Origin: a virus
Reading direction: 5' to 3' (one strand)
DNA: 64,000 bases
Virus record (IMG/VR): IMGVR_UViG_3300013132_006127
The translations under genes and the position numbers were made by a program. Below, one piece after another: positions 55,958 through 64,000 of this stretch. How positions within the stretch are numbered: position 1 is the first letter of the stretch; each line of letters begins with the position of its first letter. The notes under the pieces were generated by a model. That model ran no database searches. It saw only the letters and a program-made list of their open reading frames with translations, and had not been told where the DNA came from.

Positions 55958-58624
55958 TTACTTAATAAGACTACTCAATTGAATCTTAAACAACTCTATC
56001 ATATCTTCGCTCATTTTATTAGACCAATCGCTACCTCTATTATAGTTGTCAGTAGAGTTGGAGATAGGATTCTTTGAGGTCAAATTCCTAATTCCAGACT
56101 TCACGCTGACGGTCCCCATAATATACTTGAGCATCGGGTTGTTGTCAACCTCCTCTTTAACAATTTTTCTGAGTTCAGCCGATTTTGGTAGATTATACTT
56201 GGTCTTATCATTTGATGATATAATATCAGTATATTCCTTAGCGTCTGACTTAGCATAAAGCCTATGCTCAATGAGATTTTTCAAATGAATGTAGGCGACA
56301 TTCGTTTTCTTGATATCTTCAGCATCAATGCTATCAATACCGATACCATTCAGAAGATTATTAATATGAGTATAATAGTCTTCCATCTTGAATCTGGTAA
56401 TGTCGTACTTATGTCGATGAACAGTATCGCTAAAAAATTCCATTATCAAGTAGGCATCAAGAACCTTGACAAGCCTATCATTCTTCATAAACTTAGCATA
56501 ATCAAGACCAAAGAAATTAAGAGCATGAAAACAGAACTGACCAAGAACATCACCATAATTATTCCAGTAATAGCGATCAGTATTATCTCTCTCGCTCATC
56601 TGAATTTTACAGAATTCTACGATACCATTAAAAGAAGAAACCCTCTTAAAATGATCCTTGCCAATGCTCTTTAGTTTATCCTTAAAGAAAGTATTAAAAG
56701 GAATCATATTACGATCACCATCCTCAACCATCTTCTTGGCAACACTATTCTTGATAGCATAAACTTTAGTTTTGCCAAAAAGTTCCTTAACGATATCGGC
56801 TAGACTAGGCTCATCAAACATGAAACGCAGACTCTCAATATCTGGCAAACCTTCTCCTTCATTACTAGCATATCTAGTAATAGGAATATAAACAATTTCT
56901 TTACTATCTTCAAACTCTTCAAGTTCTTTTGCTGATAGAGTATTTAGATGAGGAGCATCATTGTATTCAACAGTAAGATCACCGCTATCCGTAGACGCTC
57001 CATGAATAAAGAATACATCTTGATCGCTGACACTACCCTTACTAGAACGAGTTCCAACTTTGCGTGGACTATTGCTCTTGATAAGATCTTTGTAGTCTGA
57101 AACCTTTAGAATCTTATCTGATCCAACATCTTCAATTAGTTGATCAAAACCCTCATTAGACTTAGTTACATCTTTGGTATCTACCATAAGATAGGCAAAA
57201 CAGTCTTTCTCATTACAATATCTAGTAACAATCTTTTTTGCGGTCTCTTCGCTTTTAATATCACAGACAAAGAAACCTATCGGTCCTGTTTTACACTTGT
57301 TACTCCAATAGTGTTCGCCTTTGCCGGTCAAGGTATTGTGATGTAGCTTATCTGTGAGATAAACAAGGCGACGAGAACGATACCCTGCACTTCTATAATT
57401 AATTACATATAGACTCTTACCGGCGGGAATTTTGTACTCTAGATCTTCTCCGCTGTTAATGTTATGAGTTTTACCCTTATTGTCTGTCCATGAAGCACCA
57501 ACGCCCCAACCACCAGCAAGATTATTTAGTTGATAGTACGTTGAAATGGCTTCGACTTTAGTTTTTGCGGCAGAAATTTTCTTAGTGAACTCTTCTTTCA
57601 TTTCAAGGTAAATACCCTGAGTTTTTTCACGCAAAGCGTTAATAACTGCTTTAGTATACTGCAAACCCTCGCGGGAAACATCCATCTCTAGTTCACCAAT
57701 CCCAAAATCCAATTCTAGATAGAGGTTTTGATTAAGAATTTCTGTTACGAAGCTCTTCCAAGAGTCAATATCCGCTTTTCCGAAAGCCCTATTCCACTTG
57801 GCAATATGGTCCGGTTGTTCTGCCTTTTGTTCACCAACAAGTTGTGACGCCACAACAGGATAAGCAATATTACCCATAATAGCAACAATACCACTATCAA
57901 TACGATGATATGTGCTTGGATAATGATTATTGTCGTTAGAAAGACGACAAACTCTCCATCCCTCACCGCTAATAACAATATTTTTGTTACTATAAGCATG
58001 ATCTTTAAGCGAAGGAATCACACCACCTTCGATGATCGGCTTCATCTTAAAATAGTGAAAGATTCTGATGGATTTTTGACTAAACTCACTAAAGTCATAT
58101 TGCTTAACAGCAAAACTAATTTCTAGTCCGTTCGGCTCATTAGTCTTTGAAACATCAAACAAATTTAGAGTTGGGACGCCATTATCGTCTATTGCTGCAA
58201 TATATGTATATTTTCTTCCATTAAAATAAGAACTAGTAGTGAAGCTCTTGGTGTAAGCAAAAGGACTTTTACTACCCAAACCAAGACAACCCACAAAATC
58301 ATTACTGTCATTCTTATTAGAAGCACCGTAAGTAGTATACAGGCTCTCCATATCGGTCTGACTAAGACCAGTACCATAATCTCTAACGATAAAATTAGGA
58401 TTAGCAGCAGTAGGCAGCGTCACCTTAAAAGGATTCTTATTACCAGCACTAATATGACTATCATAAGCATTGGTTGAAAGCTCACGAATAACAGCCATGA
58501 CCTTATCAGAATAAAGAGAATCTGACAAGATCTTAAACATCTTACTAGTCTGTGCAATAGTAAATCCAGATGCACTCCTAACACCCGCACTATGCGTTTC
58601 AATAACCCTATCTGCCAATTTCAT
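55958..58624 (-). CDS. rIIA: rIIA-like protein (GHKL ATPase N-terminus)
   Basis: LYSDKVMAVIRELSTNAYDSH, VRDYGTG, GLGSKSPFAY, SREGL; upstream of rIIB. Confidence 0.92.
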   Translation of the reverse strand: MKLADRVIETHSAGVRSASGFTIAQTSKMFKILSDSLYSDKVMAVIRELSTNAYDSHISAGNKNPFKVTLPTAANPNFIVRDYGTGLSQTDMESLYTTYGASNKNDSNDFVGCLGLGSKSPFAYTKSFTTSSYFNGRKYTYIAAIDDNGVPTLNLFDVSKTNEPNGLEISFAVKQYDFSEFSQKSIRIFHYFKMKPIIEGGVIPSLKDHAYSNKNIVISGEGWRVCRLSNDNNHYPSTYHRIDSGIVAIMGNIAYPVVASQLVGEQKAEQPDHIAKWNRAFGKADIDSWKSFVTEILNQNLYLELDFGIGELEMDVSREGLQYTKAVINALREKTQGIYLEMKEEFTKKISAAKTKVEAISTYYQLNNLAGGWGVGASWTDNKGKTHNINSGEDLEYKIPAGKSLYVINYRSAGYRSRRLVYLTDKLHHNTLTGKGEHYWSNKCKTGPIGFFVCDIKSEETAKKIVTRYCNEKDCFAYLMVDTKDVTKSNEGFDQLIEDVGSDKILKVSDYKDLIKSNSPRKVGTRSSKGSVSDQDVFFIHGASTDSGDLTVEYNDAPHLNTLSAKELEEFEDSKEIVYIPITRYASNEGEGLPDIESLRFMFDEPSLADIVKELFGKTKVYAIKNSVAKKMVEDGDRNMIPFNTFFKDKLKSIGKDHFKRVSSFNGIVEFCKIQMSERDNTDRYYWNNYGDVLGQFCFHALNFFGLDYAKFMKNDRLVKVLDAYLIMEFFSDTVHRHKYDITRFKMEDYYTHINNLLNGIGIDSIDAEDIKKTNVAYIHLKNLIEHRLYAKSDAKEYTDIISSNDKTKYNLPKSAELRKIVKEEVDNNPMLKYIMGTVSVKSGIRNLTSKNPISNSTDNYNRGSDWSNKMSEDMIELFKIQLSSLIK

Positions 58625-58665
58625 AGTTTTCTCCCAAAATTGTTTCGTTCAGTCCTGTGGTACAC

Positions 58666-58694
58666 AGTATATCATCGGCAACACCCCATGTCAA
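58666..58694 (-). promoter_or_regulatory. Sigma70-type promoter TTGACA-N17-TATACT for rIIA
   Basis: -35 at 58694-58689, -10 at 58671-58666; spacer contains GCCGATG. Confidence 0.8.
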
Positions 58695-58972
58695 GCGTTA
58701 AGAAATCTCACACGATGGATAATCTTTTCTCCCATATGAGAATTATCCATACCTTTTTGTTTATCAGATTCCGATGCTACTTGTTTTAATAGCTTTTTAA
58801 AGTCTGTTTTTGATATTTGTTTTCCTTCTATTACGCTTTCATCTATGTGTGTCTGAGATAGTTCTTCTGGTTTATCGATAAGTATAGAATCGTAGGCTTC
58901 TTCAATAGAAGATGCTTCTATAACATATCTATGTCTAAATAGACTCACTGTTGTTATTTGAAATATTGGCAT
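58691..58972 (-). CDS. Hypothetical protein
   Basis: FRHRYVIEA...EELSQTHIDE. Confidence 0.65.
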   Translation of the reverse strand: MPIFQITTVSLFRHRYVIEASSIEEAYDSILIDKPEELSQTHIDESVIEGKQISKTDFKKLLKQVASESDKQKGMDNSHMGEKIIHRVRFLNA

Positions 58973-59202
58973 TTGCTTTATTCCTTTTCCTTATACTTAA
59001 AATTCCTAATAAAATATCAATTAGTCCTAAATATCTAACAATTGTAATTGGTAATAAAAACCACCATATTCCTATGCATATTGTTGATATACCAACGATC
59101 CATACAAACCAATTCGGCATCCATTTAAATGATGAAATAATATAACATAACGGCCCCGCTACTAAAACCAATAAAAACATAATAGTAACAATAAAGGCTA
59201 AA

Positions 59203-59210
<8 letters not shown>
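58935..59210 (-). CDS. Three-TM membrane protein
   Basis: Three hydrophobic segments. Confidence 0.65.
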
Positions 59211-59559
<349 letters not shown>

Positions 59560-59571
59560 ATTATTACTCTC

Positions 59572-59922
59572 CTAACTTAGTTTTTTGTATTCTTTAATAT
59601 CTCCGTTTTGCTGTATCTTAAGATTCTCATAAGAAATAGCAACTCTGCGATAAAACTCTTGCTTTATATTCTCTAATACACCAGTAATGATAGCAATTTT
59701 AGGATATGTAACCTCTCCCATTACTGCTGATATAACACGAGAAAACGAGTAATTGATATCTCCACAAATATCTAGTAACTCTTGATTAGATATTCCTCTA
59801 TTTTTAGGGTTTGACCAAGGGTTTTTATCATTATCATTAGAAATATTACCTTTCAGGCAATCTACCATGGATTCTATACAGTCATCAAGATTAACTCTAC
59901 GATCTTCTTTAATATATGGCAT
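59572..59922 (-). CDS. Conserved phage protein (DUF6899-like)
   Basis: MPYIKEDRR...GDINY...GVLENIKQEFYRR...YE..KI..NGD. Confidence 0.65.
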   Translation of the reverse strand: MPYIKEDRRVNLDDCIESMVDCLKGNISNDNDKNPWSNPKNRGISNQELLDICGDINYSFSRVISAVMGEVTYPKIAIITGVLENIKQEFYRRVAISYENLKIQQNGDIKEYKKLS

Positions 59923-59928
59923 TATGTT

Positions 59929-60459
59929 TTAATCCTCACTACATCTGCATTGATATTTATTACAATATGAACATTTTGGACCGGGATCAGCAAAACCCCA
60001 AGCATTTGCAGTACCACTAAAACTCTCTTTTCCCGTATCTATACATACCAATTTTTTTGATCCGTTTCTTTGTACTAGTCCCACATTATACCAGTGACAA
60101 TCCCAAAACTTCAAGCCTGTTTTTTCATAAATATCGTCTACTAATTTTTGAATACTAGACATACTTATTTTAGTATTGGCATGATGAGTTTTAGCATACT
60201 CTGTAATATAACCCCAATCACTAGGATCATCCGGTTTCCAGTCCCCATCCTCTGCAAAATACAGTCTACATACCTTGCTATAAATTTGTGGAGCAAGATC
60301 AAATTTTGCTAGAAGTTTTTGATACCGATAAGCATCATTTGCTTTTTTCTTGTTATAGAATTCTTTGAATACCCAGTTCTTCTTATTTTTTATAGGGTAA
60401 ACTTGGCAATACCCTCCTTCATCAAACCAATCACTATAGTCAATTAAATATTTGGTCAT
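59929..60459 (-). CDS. Minimal protein-kinase-like enzyme
   Basis: DEGGYCQVY, VFKEF, ITEYA, WDCHWYNVG, CIDTG; C-terminal CSYC...CRC. Confidence 0.7.
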   Translation of the reverse strand: MTKYLIDYSDWFDEGGYCQVYPIKNKKNWVFKEFYNKKKANDAYRYQKLLAKFDLAPQIYSKVCRLYFAEDGDWKPDDPSDWGYITEYAKTHHANTKISMSSIQKLVDDIYEKTGLKFWDCHWYNVGLVQRNGSKKLVCIDTGKESFSGTANAWGFADPGPKCSYCNKYQCRCSED

Positions 60460-60460
60460 A

Positions 60461-60778
60461 TTAGTAAGATATAACTTGTGGGACTTCACCAGTTAGATTA
60501 TACAAGAATTCTTTGGCTTTATCTAAGGAGTAAAAATCTCCCAAAAAAATTGGAGATGTCCTAACATCATCAATATATCTCTGGCCGAATATTCTATAAA
60601 ACGGTTGGTCTATGGCTCCCCAATCATTCGACAAGAAATCTTCTACACTTTTGACTTCTTCAAGAATAGTTCCTCCCTCATAGTCATTATATTCCCTTAC
60701 TGTAAATAATTGAAAATACGCTATTGGAGATTTAGGATTATTGTTTTTTACTATACCATTACATAGCGTATTATTCAT
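60461..60778 (-). CDS. Hypothetical protein
   Basis: 105 aa ORF in operon. Confidence 0.6.
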   Translation of the reverse strand: MNNTLCNGIVKNNNPKSPIAYFQLFTVREYNDYEGGTILEEVKSVEDFLSNDWGAIDQPFYRIFGQRYIDDVRTSPIFLGDFYSLDKAKEFLYNLTGEVPQVISY

Positions 60779-61182
60779 CGGTTAAGCCTATACAGTGGTA
60801 TAACTTTACTTTGATCGTTATATGGATTATTTTGAATATTGAGATCATACAACAATCCATCTTCAGATATTCTAGCATAAGCAACCGGATGGTCAAGAGA
60901 TGTTCTTAAATCGTCTAACTCCTTAGCTTTTTCGAGATACATATTCATTTCTTCGATAGCAAACTGATTTGCTCTGAAAGCCTCTATAGACATTTCCTTA
61001 GACTTTTCTCTTAATTTCTTTAGTTCATCTTTTCCGTTATTAACAACGAATCGATCAGCCCCATTCGCCCACGCAAAATCAATCAAAAATTCTATTGGAT
61101 TTGAATGTTGATTCATATAATCGCCTAATTCTATAAAAGTTCTACGAATACTATCTTCCCAAGTTTCATATTCTTCTATCAT
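60775..61182 (-). CDS. Hypothetical protein
   Basis: 135 aa ORF in operon. Confidence 0.6.
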   Translation of the reverse strand: MIEEYETWEDSIRRTFIELGDYMNQHSNPIEFLIDFAWANGADRFVVNNGKDELKKLREKSKEMSIEAFRANQFAIEEMNMYLEKAKELDDLRTSLDHPVAYARISEDGLLYDLNIQNNPYNDQSKVIPLYRLNR

Positions 61183-61394
61183 GCAAACCCGATACGAACC
61201 TTATCATGTAGAGTAACTTCTATTTCATTAGAATGAAACCACTTACTATCATGAGATCGTCCATTCCACCAAGCACATTCATAGGTTACATAATTATCAC
61301 CGCGAATAGAGATTCCGGTAATAGTTCCATGAACATCATCAGCCAACTTAACCTTACTACCAATCTTGTATAGTTCCAGAGTGTTTTTGCTCAT
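61179..61394 (-). CDS. Small SH3-like (DUF2158/YodC-like) protein
   Basis: KIGSKVKL...GTITGI...YECAWW...WF. Confidence 0.55.
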   Translation of the reverse strand: MSKNTLELYKIGSKVKLADDVHGTITGISIRGDNYVTYECAWWNGRSHDSKWFHSNEIEVTLHDKVRIGFA

Positions 61395-61420
61395 AAATTT
61401 TCCTTATTGTAAAACGAAAC

Positions 61421-61426
61421 GGTGTA
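61421..61426 (+). promoter_or_regulatory. GGTGTA motif upstream of the HNH gene
   Basis: GGTGTATGTGTATT, oriented with the HNH gene. Confidence 0.45.
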
Positions 61427-61432
61427 TGTGTA

Positions 61433-61915
61433 TTGTACCGTTTACCTATTAGGAGTCAAGCCATACATCATAAGTATTCATTAGAACATCTAAAAACTGT
61501 AGTGAAAAATTCTAGATCGATTAGAGAGGTTCTACAAAATTTAAATATAGTTCCAGCCGGAGGAAATTACCAAACCATAAAGAATAAAATTTCCATTCAT
61601 AATATTGACACTTCTCATTTTGGTGGTCAAGCATGGAATAAAGGTAAAAAAATTGGCCCTAAAAGATCTTTAGAAGAATATTTATCTAATACAAAAACCA
61701 TTCAAAGTTGGAAACTTAAAAGGAGGCTATTAAATGATAAAATTTTTGATCATAAATGCTACAACTGTAACAAAATTCAATGGCTAAACCAACCAATACC
61801 CTTAGAGTTGCATCATATTGATGGGGATAATCAAAATAATAATCTGACTAATCTAACTTTATTATGTCCTAATTGTCATGCGTTAACTGATAATTATCGA
61901 GGAAAAAATAAATAG
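61433..61915 (+). CDS. Free-standing HNH homing endonuclease
   Basis: CYNC...LELHHIDGD..NN..TNLTLLCPNCH; N-terminal helical DNA-binding-like part; inverted relative to its neighbours. Confidence 0.88.
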   Translation: MYRLPIRSQAIHHKYSLEHLKTVVKNSRSIREVLQNLNIVPAGGNYQTIKNKISIHNIDTSHFGGQAWNKGKKIGPKRSLEEYLSNTKTIQSWKLKRRLLNDKIFDHKCYNCNKIQWLNQPIPLELHHIDGDNQNNNLTNLTLLCPNCHALTDNYRGKNK

Positions 61916-62190
61916 GAGCGGTGGGAGTCGAACCCACACTTGAAGGATTTTCTTACCACCATAACTTTCGTTACCATTTCTGTTTGTGGTCTGGACTATA
62001 TCTTTACCATAACTATTTCTAGTTTTAGGTATCGCCTGTTTAGTCTCTACACCTTTCTGATTGCTCAGATTTGGCTCGGTATTAGCAGTGAAGCCTTCAC
62101 CGAATTTAAGCGATTCTACTTTAGGGGTTTCCTCCTAAGCACTCAAATTTTAGTTTAAGTCCTTTGTCTCTGCCTTTGGACTACGCTCCC
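61913..62190 (-). tRNA. trnL: tRNA-Leu(UAA) with group I intron; exons 62190-62157 and 61951-61913; short variable loop; CCA not encoded
   Basis: Spliced GGGAGCG TA GTCCAAAGGCAGAGAC A AAGGA CTT^AAAA TCCTT CAAGT GTGGG TTCGACT CCCAC CGCTCCT A. Confidence 0.92.
61952..62156 (-). ncRNA. Self-splicing group I intron (IC3-like, 205 nt, no internal ORF)
   Basis: P1 ACUU^AAA/UUUGAGU with U-G at the splice site; P AAAUUCGGUGAA, Q AAUACCGAGC, R GUGUAGAGACUA, S AAGAUAUAGUCC; P3 AUCGCUU/AGGCGAU; GAAA tetraloops; terminal G. Confidence 0.92.
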
Positions 62191-62274
62191 ATAATAACCC
62201 TGACTACACAAATCAAGAATAAGAGGTTGACTATTTTTGGGCCTCGTATCTGATCTATGTAGTCAGAGTATTAT
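62191..62274 (-). other. Long imperfect hairpin directly 5' of the tRNA
   Basis: ATAATACTCTGACTACATAGATCAGATACGAGG pairs with the arm at 62191-62226; several mismatches become G-U on the minus strand. Confidence 0.7.
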
Positions 62275-62284
62275 AACTGAAATA

Positions 62285-62566
62285 TCAACCGTTGGCGTGA
62301 GCCTTGAGGCGACGAACAACGTCAGCAAGAGCCTCATCACGATCAACGGTCTTAGCGGGCTTTGCACGTTCCATAGCAGGAAGTTCAATACCCTTCTTAG
62401 CCAAAGCCGCCTTTGTACGAGCATAACGAGCCATCGTACTGGCAACCTTCTGACCTGTCTTACTAGCAATCTCAGCATAAGTCTTGCTAGAAAAAACTGC
62501 CTCAAGAAACTGTTCATCGCTGCAACGAACTCTCGTCTGCTTATCTACAGTAGTAACTTCTGCCAT
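62285..62566 (-). CDS. Small basic HTH-like protein
   Basis: GGAGG RBS before MAEVTT; TYAEIASKTGQKVASTMAR; higher GC than the flanks. Confidence 0.7.
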   Translation of the reverse strand: MAEVTTVDKQTRVRCSDEQFLEAVFSSKTYAEIASKTGQKVASTMARYARTKAALAKKGIELPAMERAKPAKTVDRDEALADVVRRLKAHANG

Positions 62567-62641
62567 AATCAACCTCCAAAATCTTCCAAAGTATGTTGAT
62601 TGCGTTTGGTCGCACGACCAATACCCACAAGCAACTCGTTC

Positions 62642-62670
62642 ATTCTACAATACTGTATCGGCCATGTCAA
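62642..62670 (-). promoter_or_regulatory. Sigma70-type promoter TTGACA-N17-TAGAAT for the HTH gene / tRNA unit
   Basis: -35 at 62670-62665, -10 at 62647-62642 (TG immediately upstream); spacer contains GCCGATA. Confidence 0.8.
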
Positions 62671-62759
62671 CTGGTGGTCTTGAAAAATTTTTGGCCTTCA
62701 AGACGAAGTTCTGAGGACTCTGTTTAATTAACCGTATCCTTGGTGCTTTTTTTAAAAAA

Positions 62760-63140
62760 CTAGTCTCTAGCAAAGCATACGCACCAATACAAACGATCAT
62801 ATCGGCTATAAGTGGCAGCACAACCTATTTTTGTATAAGAAGAATTCATAATATTCGCTCTATGTCCCGGACTCCACAGCCAACTATTCATAACTGTTTT
62901 TTCATCTTTTTGTCCCCAAGCTATATTTTCACCAACCAGAGAAAAACCTAATTTCATAATATTTCTCATTCTACTATGAATCATTCTATTATTTTCAGCC
63001 ATATATTCAGCCCAATCAAAAGCATACCTCATTAGCTTCTCATCCATCTCTAGTTTGTTAATTGTCCACAACCAAGAAGCACCGCTTCTGGCTTCATTAT
63101 GTAAATCTACTAATAATTTCATGCTAGGTAAATATAACAT
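62760..63140 (-). CDS. CAP/SCP-domain protein
   Basis: LHNEAR, AEYMA...HS, GENIAWGQ, WLWSPGHRANIMN, YWCVCF. Confidence 0.9.
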   Translation of the reverse strand: MLYLPSMKLLVDLHNEARSGASWLWTINKLEMDEKLMRYAFDWAEYMAENNRMIHSRMRNIMKLGFSLVGENIAWGQKDEKTVMNSWLWSPGHRANIMNSSYTKIGCAATYSRYDRLYWCVCFARD

Positions 63141-63142
63141 AT

Positions 63143-64000
63143 TTAATCTACAAAAATTCCTTCAAATTCTAATAATAAAAAATTTCTTAAAAGCTTTGTA
63201 TCATTATGATTTCTTAAATTTTCTAACAGATCATCTTGTTTCTGTGATGGAAATTTTGTTTGTCCTTCAAAAAAAACTTTTTCTGATTTGATTAGATAAT
63301 ATTTAATAGCATGTCTAAATTGTTCATTTTGTATCCAATAGTTATTATCTTTTTCTTTCACCGTCATAGCTAATGCCGCGCAATATATGCTGAATTCTAA
63401 AGCTCCAGACACATAATCTGATTTAGGTATTTTAATACCATTATTATAATCATCTACTGCGCATTCAGCACCAGCTATATATGATGTCCATTCATCCATA
63501 GGATATGTTGGAACATCATTCCAATCACCCAATTGTTTAACAAAATATAAATCATATCTATATCCTCTAATAATATTAGGTATATTTGGAACTATATCCC
63601 TCATCGTTAAGTTAGGGTTTTCAACCACTATCCCCTTCCCTGCTCCAGCATAAAAACCATTAACATTTTTTTTAAGTAATTTTTTGTATTCATTTCTTAA
63701 ATAATTATTTATACCATGTACAGTTTCATGAACATTAGTACTTCTACCATGGTCATCACCAAATGGTTCTTCTTTAGAAAAAGAAAGAATTTCATTATAT
63801 ACTAAACTTTGTGGTTGTAAATCTCTATATTTTGGAATATCAACTAATACTAAACCAATAGAGATACTGCGTGTTCTTTCTATATTCCTGTGGGTCATAT
63901 ATGTTCGACGTATTTTAAATATACGATCCTCCGCATAAGTGTCGCATACTATGCTTAGGGTTAAAATTAAAACAATTATAGTCTTTAAAATTTTGTCCAT
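63143..64000 (-). CDS. Secreted protein with HExxH motif (putative zincin); start at the window edge
   Basis: Signal-peptide-like N-terminus; TNVHETVHGIN and downstream YPMDEW. Confidence 0.6.
   Translation of the reverse strand: MDKILKTIIVLILTLSIVCDTYAEDRIFKIRRTYMTHRNIERTRSISIGLVLVDIPKYRDLQPQSLVYNEILSFSKEEPFGDDHGRSTNVHETVHGINNYLRNEYKKLLKKNVNGFYAGAGKGIVVENPNLTMRDIVPNIPNIIRGYRYDLYFVKQLGDWNDVPTYPMDEWTSYIAGAECAVDDYNNGIKIPKSDYVSGALEFSIYCAALAMTVKEKDNNYWIQNEQFRHAIKYYLIKSEKVFFEGQTKFPSQKQDDLLENLRNHNDTKLLRNFLLLEFEGIFVD

Noticed and set aside
61940-62158. 72-aa plus-strand ORF spanning the intron
   Set aside because: Antisense to the ribozyme core and lacks nuclease motifs; the sequence is explained by RNA structure

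Overview
This 64 kb window is a gene-dense, AT-rich segment of a large lytic dsDNA tailed phage, with nearly all genes on the minus strand. The standard genetic code fits, and I found no integrase or CRISPR array. In order, it contains: (1) 1-10 kb, replication, recombination and nucleotide genes (primase N-terminus, DnaB, PD-(D/E)XK nuclease, RecA/UvsX, FmdB-type Zn ribbon, HNH, PhoH, B12-dependent NrdJ, dCMP deaminase); (2) 10-24.5 kb, a 14 kb glycan-synthesis island (GT2/GT4/GT99/RgpF-like transferases, sulfotransferase-like gene, two pyruvyltransferases, ATP-grasp, and a NeuB-NeuA-HAD-Maf/DUF115 nonulosonic-acid module); (3) 24.5-32.5 kb, small membrane proteins, a papain-like peptidase and virion/fibre-type proteins, including a mucin-like Thr/Pro-rich protein and a Gly-rich gene split at a slippery T7 run; (4) 32.5-45 kb, DeoC-like pseudo-enzyme, ClpP, sigma factor, bacterioferritin, GuaC, NDT-like, macrodomain and further glycosyltransferases; (5) 45-48.8 kb, an inverted HtrL / GT60 (polypeptide GlcNAc-transferase) / HtrL operon; (6) 48.8-53 kb, a trypsin-subtilisin-trypsin cluster, HNH, RuvB and a Zn-ribbon/RuvA-domain-III protein; (7) 53.7-64 kb, RepB-type primase, rIIB, rIIA, a kinase-like gene, a free-standing HNH abutting a tRNA-Leu(UAA) split by a 205-nt group I intron, a CAP-domain gene and a secreted HExxH protein. 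The best candidates for undescribed biology are a phage-encoded mucin-type protein O-glycosylation and sialic-acid-like capping system, the intron-containing short-arm tRNA-Leu with its adjacent HNH, and a 56-nt miniature tRNA-like cloverleaf right after rIIB. All family assignments come from motif recognition by eye; no database searches were run.
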